Positions 55,741-64,000 of a DNA stretch of 64,000 nucleotides are shown here, one piece after another; position 1 is the stretch's first letter; every line of letters begins with the position of its first letter. The notes under the pieces were generated by a model. The model worked only from the letters and a program-made list of their open reading frames with translations, had not been told where the DNA came from and searched no databases. The DNA lies in IMG/VR virus record IMGVR_UViG_3300005937_000004, positions 14,950 through 78,949 of that record; one strand, written 5' to 3'. A program made the position numbers and the translations under genes. Source of the stretch: a virus. Taxonomy: Duplodnaviria > Caudoviricetes.

Positions 55741-56173
55741 AGTCCCATTTCTTTTTGAGATTTGCCGATAGATCGCAGGGCGGTTTTCCTTTGCGTTTCA
55801 AGTAATACATGAAGGTCTCACAGAAATCTTCTATCGGATCTCGCATGGAATATTTGGATACGTAATCATCTGGCTCTTTGGTCTGACCAAAAACACTGAA
55901 TCCCTTCAAATATTGGATCTTTGGGTAATGGAACAGGAGCGCATGTCCGTACTCATGTCTGAGCATGTCCCTGACGTTCCGTTTCTTGGATTGCAGGATT
56001 GGAACGAAGATCCTGCCATCTTGGGTAAAATACGCTTGTTTGGTAAGGCTCGGCATGAGAGTGCGAGCTGCCTTTGTTTTCATAATCTTTTTAGTACCGA
56101 ACCCTAGTGTTTTCAGTTCCCTGCGAACATGACGCAGGGAATTCTTGAATAAAGTTTCACTTATTGGTGCCAT
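55700..56173 (-). CDS. Putative zinc metallopeptidase (HExxH)
   Basis: LRHEYGHALL and YVSKYS..DPIEDFCETF. Confidence 0.75.
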   Translation of the reverse strand: MAPISETLFKNSLRHVRRELKTLGFGTKKIMKTKAARTLMPSLTKQAYFTQDGRIFVPILQSKKRNVRDMLRHEYGHALLFHYPKIQYLKGFSVFGQTKEPDDYVSKYSMRDPIEDFCETFMYYLKRKGKPPCDLSANLKKKWDFIAALARRFRSYV

Positions 56174-56205
56174 ATCGGTCCCGTTGACATATTGGTTAGT
56201 GTTTA

Positions 56206-56904
56206 ATGACGCGAGGAAAACGTGGTACTTATCCCGGAGTCAATTTTGAGCCTCCATACGATCCGGCCAACGATCCAGAGCTTCGTACTAAAGAGAGCCT
56301 CAAAAGAGCTGCCGTGATCGGGGGGACGACTGTTGGTGTCCCGGGCTATCTCTATGCCCGTGGACTGAAAGGAGAGAACAAGTGGAGTTCTATCCCAACC
56401 AAACTGAAGAGGGCTGAAGTATTCAGGAAAGCATTTGCCGGAGGCGCGCCACCACCAGTCGGGCACACTACCCAGGGTATTGTTTCAGCGATGCGCAAAG
56501 GGGTAGCGGCATCTGCAATCGATGTTGCCACTGCTGGACGAACCGTGTGGGAAAACTTGAGAGCAGCTGGAAGAGGAATCCGTGGTACCAAGCTCTCCGC
56601 CAGACATAGCAAACTGGTGGAACTTAATGCTAAAATGGACGGTATGATACAGTTTGCTAATAGCTCTTCGGTCACCAGCGCCCTTGCTGCACAGCTGGCC
56701 ATGGAGCCAGACATTACCAGACCCTATGTGCATCATCGCCGCAAACCCGATGATAAGAAAAAGCAACTGCCAAAGCTGGGGGCTGTTTACGGAGTGGGCG
56801 GATTAACCGGTGCTGGAATTGCCACAGGCAGTCTCGCCACACGCAAAGCACTCGGTTGGACTGGCGGTAAACTCGCCAATATCTACCGTCTTATCCGTGG
56901 CTGA
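56206..56904 (+). CDS. Putative internal head protein
   Basis: ELNAKMDGMIQFA motif; Gly-rich hydrophobic helices. Confidence 0.6.
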   Translation: MTRGKRGTYPGVNFEPPYDPANDPELRTKESLKRAAVIGGTTVGVPGYLYARGLKGENKWSSIPTKLKRAEVFRKAFAGGAPPPVGHTTQGIVSAMRKGVAASAIDVATAGRTVWENLRAAGRGIRGTKLSARHSKLVELNAKMDGMIQFANSSSVTSALAAQLAMEPDITRPYVHHRRKPDDKKKQLPKLGAVYGVGGLTGAGIATGSLATRKALGWTGGKLANIYRLIRG

Positions 56905-56937
56905 ATACGTTGACATTACTGACTGTCGGAGGTCACC

Positions 56938-57270
56938 ATGAAATCCAAAATTGAACGACTAATTGAACTCAACTCCAAGCTGGACAAGGTTATCGAATTT
57001 GAGTTAACCGACCAGGATGACTTACGGAAATATGCCACTGCTGGGACTGGCGTGGCTGGTGTCGGCGCACTTGGCGCAGGTGGACTTTACGTAGCCGGTG
57101 CGCGCAGGCAAGGTGTCCAATGGGGAAACTTGGGCTCAAAGATCTCGCGAGACATTTCCGCCGGTAATGTCGGAAAGACTTTTGTTCGCGGAGCAAAATA
57201 TACTGGTGGCTTGGCTAAAGGCCTTGGAACCAGTGCCTTGAATTTCATTAAAGGCATCAGACTGAAGTGA
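56938..57270 (+). CDS. Putative internal head protein
   Basis: ELNSKLDKVIEF motif; Gly-rich helix. Confidence 0.6.
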   Translation: MKSKIERLIELNSKLDKVIEFELTDQDDLRKYATAGTGVAGVGALGAGGLYVAGARRQGVQWGNLGSKISRDISAGNVGKTFVRGAKYTGGLAKGLGTSALNFIKGIRLK

Positions 57271-57271
57271 T

Positions 57272-58912
57272 GTGTCTTCGGTTATCCAGCTCCATGGACT
57301 GCTCGATCGTCTGATTGAGTTCAGGACGGTTACCTGGGAAGACAACCCGCTCTATCCAGAGGACGTAAAATCGTCCGTTCAAAAGATTCCAGTCAATAAA
57401 ATCATTTCTCATCAGGAGACAGTCAAAAAGCATATCGTCGAGGAATACAAAAAGAAACCCGGCAAAGCGCTTCCAACGGTTCACAAGGCAGGTGGCAAAT
57501 ACTATGTCGAGGACGGAAACCACAGGATCGCAGCCAGGATAGCCAAGGGCGAAAAGACTGTCCGGGTCAAGGTGCTCGAAAAAGACTTATCCGCCAAGCT
57601 GGATGATGTGATCGAGTTTCGATTGTTCCAGCCTAAAAAAAAAGATAAGCAGACCCCTGAGCAGCTGCCGCTGACTGAGGGAGAAATTCTTGATTACGTA
57701 GAGCAAGCGCACATCGCCAAACGCGCAGGCCCGCATTTGGACCTGCGCATTGGCGATAAGAGGCGCGGGATGTATAGCTGGGCAACGAAGAAACCGCTGC
57801 CGGAGGAGGGGCAGAAGATTCAACTTCATCCCCAGCCCATACATCCACAGCACTATAACACTTTCCAGGGAGAGATACCGTCTGGCTACGGAGCTGGAAG
57901 TGTATCGACTCAGCATCTGGGCAAAGCTTTGGTCACCCGACATGATCCTGAGCAGACTAATTTGACCGTAGTATCTAAACGCGGTCCGGTCAGATTAGCC
58001 CTACTGAACACCAAACTCGGACGTCTACTTGTCCGGGAAAAGCATCCAGAAATTGAAGCGCACAAACCGAAGATGAAAACTGTGCAGCCGGAGAAGGCCG
58101 AAGGATTTCTGAAGAACCTTCCGGAAGGCACGGTGGTTCAGCCAAAGGTGGACGGCGCGCTGGTATTCGTCAGCACCAAAGGCGGCGAACCAGAGATCCA
58201 TTCCTATCGTAAATCAAAGCACACCGGGAAGTCGATTGTGCACACCGAGCGATTCTTCAAGGGTCGACCACGGGTAGATATACCAAAGGAACATCAACGC
58301 ACCTTTATGGGTGAACTGTTTGGGTTGCGCGGGGGTAAGGCGATACCACCCCAGGAGTTGGGTGGTATTCTGAATGCCCACATAGGCAAATCGTTAGAAC
58401 GACAGCGATCACAAGGAGTGCAACTAAAAGTAATGCCATTCGACTTGGCGGACCGAAAGGGTTCATATCCGGAAAGATTATCAAAGCTGCAGGAGACAGT
58501 TGCCCATCTACCTCAGGACAAATTTCAACTCCCCGAAATTGCTACTGATAAACAAAACGCCTTGGCTTTATTCAGGAAGATCCGGGCAGGACGCCATCCC
58601 ATAACTCAAGAAGGAGTGGTTGCCCACCCTCCTTCAGGTAAGCCTGTCCGGATCAAAAATTACAAAGAATCAGACGTTAAAATATCGGGCACATTTCCAG
58701 GAAAAGGTAAATTCGCCGGGATGCCAGGCGGATTCACATATAAAACTAAGAGCGGAGAGCATGGTCGTGTAGGTACAGGATTCAGTGATCAGACCAGAGC
58801 TGAACTGGAACAGTATGTTGGACGGACTGCGCGTATCAGGCATCAGGGTCGATTCCCTGGTGGTAAATACCGCGCCCCGAGTTTGATCGCAGTTCACGAA
58901 TCAAAGAATTGA
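57272..58912 (+). CDS. ParB-like + LigD-type 3-prime phosphoesterase + ATP-dependent DNA ligase fusion
   Basis: YYVEDGNHR; QAH.A.RAGPHLDLR..YSWA..H...Y..FQGEIP..YGAG.V; QPKVDG, GELF, PFDL, EGVV, RIK, VGTGFS. Confidence 0.85.
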   Translation: MSSVIQLHGLLDRLIEFRTVTWEDNPLYPEDVKSSVQKIPVNKIISHQETVKKHIVEEYKKKPGKALPTVHKAGGKYYVEDGNHRIAARIAKGEKTVRVKVLEKDLSAKLDDVIEFRLFQPKKKDKQTPEQLPLTEGEILDYVEQAHIAKRAGPHLDLRIGDKRRGMYSWATKKPLPEEGQKIQLHPQPIHPQHYNTFQGEIPSGYGAGSVSTQHLGKALVTRHDPEQTNLTVVSKRGPVRLALLNTKLGRLLVREKHPEIEAHKPKMKTVQPEKAEGFLKNLPEGTVVQPKVDGALVFVSTKGGEPEIHSYRKSKHTGKSIVHTERFFKGRPRVDIPKEHQRTFMGELFGLRGGKAIPPQELGGILNAHIGKSLERQRSQGVQLKVMPFDLADRKGSYPERLSKLQETVAHLPQDKFQLPEIATDKQNALALFRKIRAGRHPITQEGVVAHPPSGKPVRIKNYKESDVKISGTFPGKGKFAGMPGGFTYKTKSGEHGRVGTGFSDQTRAELEQYVGRTARIRHQGRFPGGKYRAPSLIAVHESKN

Positions 58913-58928
58913 CACAAGGAGCTCAGAT

Positions 58929-59300
58929 ATGCCAGAGAAACTCGAACGCGAATTAAAAGCCAAAGCCGCCAAGAAAGATTGGAGCGAGGAACGCAAAGAC
59001 GCTTATGTCTATGGCACGCTTCGCAAGACCGGTTGGAAGCCTTCCCGTGAAAAGAAAAAGGAAAAACAGATGAGCGTTCCGGAAAAGATAATCCAGCTCA
59101 ACAAGAAGATGGACGACTTGATCGAGTTCGGTGGCGCTCCAGGAGATCCTACTGCTGGCATGTTTGGTTGCTACCAACCGGTAGATCCGATCGCACAATC
59201 GTATGAAGACGCCTCCCAAGTGTCGGCATTGCAGAGGCTTAAACTCAAGATCGCTGCCCTGAGAGGCATGGGTCTTCACTCTGATGGCACATTTCAGTAA
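58929..59300 (+). CDS. Putative internal head protein (AYVYGTLRKTGWKP type)
   Basis: QLNKKMDDLIEF motif; TTGACA 14 nt upstream. Confidence 0.7.
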   Translation: MPEKLERELKAKAAKKDWSEERKDAYVYGTLRKTGWKPSREKKKEKQMSVPEKIIQLNKKMDDLIEFGGAPGDPTAGMFGCYQPVDPIAQSYEDASQVSALQRLKLKIAALRGMGLHSDGTFQ

Positions 59301-59979
59301 TACCAAAAAGCTTCTCGGGATCGGTGCCGTGGGAGCTGGAGCTGGCGTGGCTGGTATTGGTGCTTATCACGTTATCCATACTGCCAGGAGGCAAAGAGAA
59401 TGGCGTGAAAAAGCCAAAGATAGAGATCGTCTAAAACTGGCCCACGATATTTACATCGATAAATACGGAGCGATGTATCCCGCTGCTCATCCAGGAATGA
59501 AGCGCGCAAAGATCACTGAGCTTAATGCTAAGCTGGATTATCTGATTGAGTTTGGTGAATATCCAATGTCAGTGGTGAAATCTGTTTGGCGGAAGTTAGC
59601 GGCTAAACCGAAGTCTCGATACTGGTCGTCATATCCCCAGAAGATTATCAAAGATCAAAAAAAGAAATTTCAGCCCAAATCGTCATTACCAACGGAGTTA
59701 TCATCCAAACTTGATGATCTTATTCAGTTTGCCGTAGATCCTCGACCACGCAACGACCTTGGGATGTTTACCGACCAGGCAGAAGGTGGACCAGATCCAA
59801 ATGCCATGGTCAGGGTTTATCACATGCTTCCACCTCAGCAACAGCAATCCAGCGTTGGAAGATTAATCGATACAGGGGTAGGCGCTGCCGTAGGTGCCAC
59901 AACCGGTACAGCGGCAACGCTGGGGATCAAAGCCTTGAGTGACAAACTGAAAACTGCGAGACGAAGACTGAGGAGATAA
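59284..59979 (+). CDS. Putative internal head protein
   Basis: Two L..KLD.LI(E/Q)F motifs; PRNDLGMF. Confidence 0.65.
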   Translation: MAHFSNTKKLLGIGAVGAGAGVAGIGAYHVIHTARRQREWREKAKDRDRLKLAHDIYIDKYGAMYPAAHPGMKRAKITELNAKLDYLIEFGEYPMSVVKSVWRKLAAKPKSRYWSSYPQKIIKDQKKKFQPKSSLPTELSSKLDDLIQFAVDPRPRNDLGMFTDQAEGGPDPNAMVRVYHMLPPQQQQSSVGRLIDTGVGAAVGATTGTAATLGIKALSDKLKTARRRLRR

Positions 59980-59983
59980 ACCT

Positions 59984-60142
59984 ATGGGCTTACTTGAAAT
60001 CATCTATTGGGTACTTCTGGTCCTTTGGGGACTGGGAGTCATTTTTGGTCCTGAATGGCCATGGTGGCCGAGAGCCAGCTGGGGCATTGTCCTTGTGCTG
60101 TTCATCATCATCGGCATCAAGATGCTAAAACCAAACTTGTAA
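59984..60142 (+). CDS. 52-aa two-TM membrane protein not in the ORF track
   Basis: MGLLEIIYWVLLVLWGLG...; AGGAG SD. Confidence 0.65.
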   Translation: MGLLEIIYWVLLVLWGLGVIFGPEWPWWPRASWGIVLVLFIIIGIKMLKPNL

Positions 60143-60294
60143 TGTACACCGTCCTTATCGTCATCCTCATCCTTCTGCTCATTGGAGCGTTGCCGCGTTG
60201 GGGGTATAGTTCTGGGTGGGGATATTGGCCCAGTGGCGGTCTGGGTCTCGTAATCCTAATTATCCTGATCCTTCTGTTGGCGGGTCATCTGTGA
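60142..60294 (+). CDS. DUF3309-family small membrane protein
   Basis: ILLLIGALPRWGYSSGWGYWPSGGLGLVILIILILLL. Confidence 0.8.
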   Translation: MYTVLIVILILLLIGALPRWGYSSGWGYWPSGGLGLVILIILILLLAGHL

Positions 60295-60315
60295 TTGACA
60301 TTTTCTTCTGTCTGC

Positions 60316-61683
60316 ATGGCAGACAACGGAGAAATCAAATTTCATTCAGACCAGATCTTCGCTGGTCAGACGGGTATCATAGATTACGAAAACGGTGTAA
60401 TACGTGGCGTATCGCTGATTACCGGCGGCATCGAAGCCGAAGGGCACAATCTCACTGTTGACGACAAGACTCTGAGTGAGCTCCAGGGTTGTGCCAAAGC
60501 ACGAGGAAAAGTACCGGTTCAACTGGATCACGGTAGCGGGATTAGTGGAACGTGTGGTTATCTCACTGGATTCCGGGTCGATGGGAACAAGCTTCGAGGT
60601 GATCTGCATCTTTTGACTAGCCATGAGGAAACTCCAAAGATTTTGGAACGCGCTGAGAAAATGCCTGACTGCTTTGGACTTTCGGTTGCGTTTAAAGGTC
60701 CACCCAAAGGCGTTCCGATTGGCGGTGGGAAAATGGCGGCACGCTGCGAAAAGCTACTATCGGTAGACCTGGTCACGCGTCCTGCAGCAAATGAAGGGCT
60801 TTTTAGTGTGCCTGAAAAAGTTGACAATTCTGCAAACAACATGGCACAGGAAAACGCAGGTCAACCAACAGGCCAGCCGGTAACTCTCGAAAGTTTGGCC
60901 GCACAGCTTGCCCAACTTACCGAGCGATTCAATGAGCAAGACCAATTCAATCAGCAATTGGTCGAGCATCTGACGGAAGGCCAGCAAACGGAACAACCAG
61001 AACTCACGTTGGCTGATCTCTACGAGATGAGCGACGAAGAGCTGGCAAAACTCAACATCACCCGTGACGAGGTGAACGCTGCTGTCGAAGAAGCTCTCGC
61101 CACTGCCGAAGCACAAGGCCAACTCGCTGGCGAAACCCAAACTGGCGAGCCGGTGCCGGGAGGCGAAGGACAACCCGCAGGCGCAGAAGGCGCGGCTCCT
61201 GGTGGCCCGAGTTACACAGCTGCTGATATGAGTCCCGCAGGTGCCACTGCCGGGACGGCGATGGGTTCTTTGGAAAAAAGGATCATCCGCCTGGAAGCCA
61301 AAGACAAAGCCACACAACTTCGAAAAAAAGAAGAAGCCGAAGAGGTTCAGTTGGCCGAGATCGAAAAGAAAGCTCTGACATTGGCAGGGCAGAGGAATCA
61401 GGCCATCGAATTCGCGGAAAAGCTCCAGGCAGAAAACGACGCTCTTCGGGTAGCAGTTCGCACAGGTACACGTCCCGTGACCGCTGGAGTGGATAACGGG
61501 GTACGGATGTTCAGCGCTAACAACGGTGGCGAGCTCCACGAATTTCAACAGAGGGTGAAAAACCTCAAAGAAACCGAGAAGATGACCGAAGCCGAAGCGA
61601 TTCGGTTTGCTCAGAAAGAGAATCCCGGCCTGCACGCTGACTGGGTGGAAAGCATGCAGAAACGACGGGTTGTAACCACATAA
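60316..61683 (+). CDS. Prohead protease fused to scaffold
   Basis: IRGVS.IT.G.EA.GH, DHGSG, GLSVAF, SVDLVTRPAANEGLF; acidic coiled-coil C-half; start reassigned to MADNG. Confidence 0.85.
   Translation: MADNGEIKFHSDQIFAGQTGIIDYENGVIRGVSLITGGIEAEGHNLTVDDKTLSELQGCAKARGKVPVQLDHGSGISGTCGYLTGFRVDGNKLRGDLHLLTSHEETPKILERAEKMPDCFGLSVAFKGPPKGVPIGGGKMAARCEKLLSVDLVTRPAANEGLFSVPEKVDNSANNMAQENAGQPTGQPVTLESLAAQLAQLTERFNEQDQFNQQLVEHLTEGQQTEQPELTLADLYEMSDEELAKLNITRDEVNAAVEEALATAEAQGQLAGETQTGEPVPGGEGQPAGAEGAAPGGPSYTAADMSPAGATAGTAMGSLEKRIIRLEAKDKATQLRKKEEAEEVQLAEIEKKALTLAGQRNQAIEFAEKLQAENDALRVAVRTGTRPVTAGVDNGVRMFSANNGGELHEFQQRVKNLKETEKMTEAEAIRFAQKENPGLHADWVESMQKRRVVTT
60841..61683 (+). CDS. Nested in-frame scaffold protein (internal start)
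   Basis: TTGACA at 60821, 14 nt before an in-frame ATG just after the protease domain; same arrangement as lambda C/Nu3. Confidence 0.65.
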   Translation: MAQENAGQPTGQPVTLESLAAQLAQLTERFNEQDQFNQQLVEHLTEGQQTEQPELTLADLYEMSDEELAKLNITRDEVNAAVEEALATAEAQGQLAGETQTGEPVPGGEGQPAGAEGAAPGGPSYTAADMSPAGATAGTAMGSLEKRIIRLEAKDKATQLRKKEEAEEVQLAEIEKKALTLAGQRNQAIEFAEKLQAENDALRVAVRTGTRPVTAGVDNGVRMFSANNGGELHEFQQRVKNLKETEKMTEAEAIRFAQKENPGLHADWVESMQKRRVVTT

Positions 61684-61702
61684 GTTCCCTCGTTAAAAGA
61701 CT

Positions 61703-62077
61703 ATGAACACAAACAACGTCCTAAGTTTACCGGCAGCCACAAACCTGACTGGCAAAGAGTTCCGGTTAGTCAAATTGACCAGTGCTGGCGTCGACCTTGC
61801 TGGAAGTGCCACGGCGATCGGTACACTGATTCGGGCTCAGGTAGTCCAGGAAGACGGAGCTTATGCTGGCAAAGCAGTAGCGGTTCAACTGTGCCCCGGC
61901 TCAATGCATTTCGCAATGATCGGAAACTCTTCGGCTGCTGTAGCCGCAGGAGCGCCGCTTACATATGACGCGGCTGTAGGCAACGAAGGAAAACTTGTTC
62001 CCGGCGGATCACTTTGCTTCGCCGTAGAATCATTTAACGCAGCAGATGGAGCCATTGTCCGGGTGATATTCCCATAA
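61703..62077 (+). CDS. Capsid cement/decoration-like protein
   Basis: Small Gly/Ala-rich protein between scaffold and capsid; LT.KEFRLVKL. Confidence 0.7.
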   Translation: MNTNNVLSLPAATNLTGKEFRLVKLTSAGVDLAGSATAIGTLIRAQVVQEDGAYAGKAVAVQLCPGSMHFAMIGNSSAAVAAGAPLTYDAAVGNEGKLVPGGSLCFAVESFNAADGAIVRVIFP

Positions 62078-62094
62078 CCCTCTAAGAGCAATCT

Positions 62095-63087
62095 ATGTAC
62101 AACACTACTGACAGCGTACCAAGAGCGGATATCAGCACGGTGCTGATGGAAGCTGTTGATCAAGAGAAACAGTTCATCGGTCAACTAGTTTTCCCAGCGT
62201 ATCCCTCTGCAAGAGAAGTCGGTCGTTATCCGAGGTTCCGGATAGGTACCGGTGAGCTTCTGACAGGAGGCCGTAATTACGGTTCAACGCGTCGGAATGA
62301 AACTGGCTCCTACAACGAGGTGACTCGTAAGTTCGAATGGGACAGCTACCAAACAGAAGAGTTCGGCCTCGAAGAGCGCGTCGACGATGTCGTAGCCCGC
62401 CGGATGGAAAACTTCTTCGATGCTGAAGTGGTCGCTGGCAAGCTGCTCATGAACCATTTGATGATCGATTACGAGCGAGACGTCGCCGCCAAGACTTTTG
62501 ATTACGCAACCTACGGCGACACCAACGCCTCGGTTCTGTATACTGAGGCGAACATCGCGACTTTTGATCCGCCTCGCGACATCAACGCGATGTTGGAACG
62601 CTTTGTGTTACAGGGTGAAACCCCCAACACGATGATCATCTCTCTGCCGCTGTGGAATCGAATCCGCAGGAGCCAGAAACTGCAGACGTATGTCTACGGT
62701 TACCTGAACGTAAACCAGGGCGGATCTCAGATCACTGAGCAAATGTTCGCTCAGGTATTCGGGATTCAGAACATCCTGATCGCCAAGAAATCCTACGATC
62801 AGGCGCTCAAAGGCAAGACTGGCATAAACAGTTTGGTACCAATCTGGGGCAACGACTTCATCGCCCTTGCGAAGATTGCTCCGGGAGATTTTATGAATGG
62901 TGGGTTTGGCCGGACAATCATCTGGGATGCAGATTCACCAGGTGGATTGTTCACCTCGGAGAGCTATCGAGACGAAAAGCGCAGGGGCAACATGCTCCGA
63001 GTGCGCTCAAACCGAGTGATCAAAGTTGTGAACACGGCATGTGTTTCGCTGTTGGATACCGGATATTCCGGAGCGTTTATCACCTGA
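62095..63087 (+). CDS. Major capsid protein (lambda gpE-like)
   Basis: 330 aa after protease and cement genes; FIGQLVFP, ESYRDE.RR..MLRVR. Confidence 0.85.
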   Translation: MYNTTDSVPRADISTVLMEAVDQEKQFIGQLVFPAYPSAREVGRYPRFRIGTGELLTGGRNYGSTRRNETGSYNEVTRKFEWDSYQTEEFGLEERVDDVVARRMENFFDAEVVAGKLLMNHLMIDYERDVAAKTFDYATYGDTNASVLYTEANIATFDPPRDINAMLERFVLQGETPNTMIISLPLWNRIRRSQKLQTYVYGYLNVNQGGSQITEQMFAQVFGIQNILIAKKSYDQALKGKTGINSLVPIWGNDFIALAKIAPGDFMNGGFGRTIIWDADSPGGLFTSESYRDEKRRGNMLRVRSNRVIKVVNTACVSLLDTGYSGAFIT

Positions 63088-63115
63088 TTGGTGTAGAAGC
63101 ACGAAGTAGAAGTTG

Positions 63116-63155
63116 CAGAGGGCCGCAAGTCGTTGTGCGGCCCTCTGAGTTTATT
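63116..63155 (+). terminator. Hairpin terminator after the capsid gene
   Basis: Perfect 12-bp stem CAGAGGGCCGCA/TGCGGCCCTCTG then AGTTTATT. Confidence 0.65.
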
Positions 63156-63173
63156 GACAAAACGCTTTGAATC

Positions 63174-63539
63174 GTGCCGATACAACCTGCCCCGCTTAAT
63201 CTAAAAATCATTACCGGCATCATATTCGGGCCGGTCATTCTCAGGGCACGGGATGAAAACAATGCCCCGGTAGATCTCACCGGCTGGAAACCCTTTGCTG
63301 AGGTTCGCAAGAAACCAGGGTCGACAGTCATCATCGATTTGGCCCCGGTTCTTACTGATGCGGTGAACGGCGAGATCACGATTCCGAAATGGACTGATGA
63401 ACAGACTTATGACCTTAAGCTGGGTGACTTCCAGTGGAGCTTAATCCTTGAAGATCCTACCGGCGATCGCAGAGGTCCGTATATCCAAGGCGCGTTTATT
63501 ATCACTGCAACCCCGACAAAACCTCCCGAGGGCATCTAA
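63174..63539 (+). CDS. Hypothetical structural protein (BppU-N-like)
   Basis: D.N..PVDLTGW...AEVRK..G; GTG 14 nt after TTGACA. Confidence 0.7.
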   Translation: MPIQPAPLNLKIITGIIFGPVILRARDENNAPVDLTGWKPFAEVRKKPGSTVIIDLAPVLTDAVNGEITIPKWTDEQTYDLKLGDFQWSLILEDPTGDRRGPYIQGAFIITATPTKPPEGI

Positions 63540-63559
63540 TTGACATAGCGTAATCTCAC

Positions 63560-63958
63560 ATGGCTGTACAACTTTCTGTAGCTGCACGGAACGCTCGGTT
63601 GGACGCAATCGAGACCGCAGCTGGCAACACTGCGAAACTTCAAATCAGATCCGGAACGCAACCTGCCGATTGCGCGACAGCCGACTCTGGAACATTACTC
63701 TGTGAAATCACTTTGCCGTCTGATTGGATGAACGCAGCTGCCACAGGACAAAAGACAAAGTTGGGAACCTGGAGTGGAACTGCTGTTGCTGGTGGGACAG
63801 CAGGCCACTTCCGGCTGAAAGACAACGCCGGAACAAACACCCATATCCAAGGATCAGTCGGCCAGGGTACTGGCGACATGTCTCTGGACAACACCACCAT
63901 CACTAATGGTCAAACGGTGACCGTGAACTCGTTTACCTTGACCGACGCGAACGCATGA
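63560..63958 (+). CDS. Conserved phage structural protein (A.NA.LDAI..A.G..AKL.IRSG..PA type)
   Basis: Recognisable virion protein; TTGACA 14 nt upstream. Confidence 0.8.
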   Translation: MAVQLSVAARNARLDAIETAAGNTAKLQIRSGTQPADCATADSGTLLCEITLPSDWMNAAATGQKTKLGTWSGTAVAGGTAGHFRLKDNAGTNTHIQGSVGQGTGDMSLDNTTITNGQTVTVNSFTLTDANA

Positions 63959-64000
63959 TGTGGCGATCTCGCGAATTCAGAATGTCTCAGCGAATGCGAC

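Larger units (their letters stand above)
1..64000. mobile_element. Tailed dsDNA phage genome segment with lambda-like terminase, portal and capsid
   Basis: Terminase, portal, protease/scaffold, capsid, Bet and primase-helicase genes; dense small ORFs; no host housekeeping genes. Confidence 0.97.

Noticed and set aside
60757-61635. 292-aa antisense ORF
   Set aside because: Shadow of the protease/scaffold gene with no recognisable motifs

Overview
This window is part of a tailed dsDNA phage genome with lambda-like packaging and head genes. It opens in the tail/adhesin module and closes in the head module, so the rest of the tail lies outside it. No integrase, rRNA, canonical CRISPR array or cas1/cas2/cas3 is visible. 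Layout: tail/adhesin and lysis genes (+, 1-9.6 kb); Bet recombination block (-); replication initiator with iterons and primase-helicase (+, 12.6-16.9 kb); about 18 kb of small early genes with three tRNA-like elements (-); terminase block (+, 34.9-39.2 kb); a second early block with an AAA ATPase (-, 39.2-49.2 kb); portal, internal head proteins, ligase, protease/scaffold and capsid (+, 49.2-64 kb). Main discovery: a stand-alone Cas7/RAMP-like gene (34067-34759, -) and a partner gene lie directly upstream of about 2 kb of non-coding tandem units. Each unit is anchored by GCAGGC and built from 5-nt degenerate GGY-NN modules. This looks like an RNA-guided system of the kind I recall being described as VIPR. 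Other signals: a TTGACA-N14-17-start motif before many late genes; a recurring (I/V)xF peptide motif across head-module proteins; a ParB/phosphoesterase/ligase fusion among head genes; a terminator/pseudoknot leader before the initiator; a GH75 chitosanase-like endolysin candidate. A Verrucomicrobia-like host is a weak inference. All family names come from motif recognition; no searches were run.
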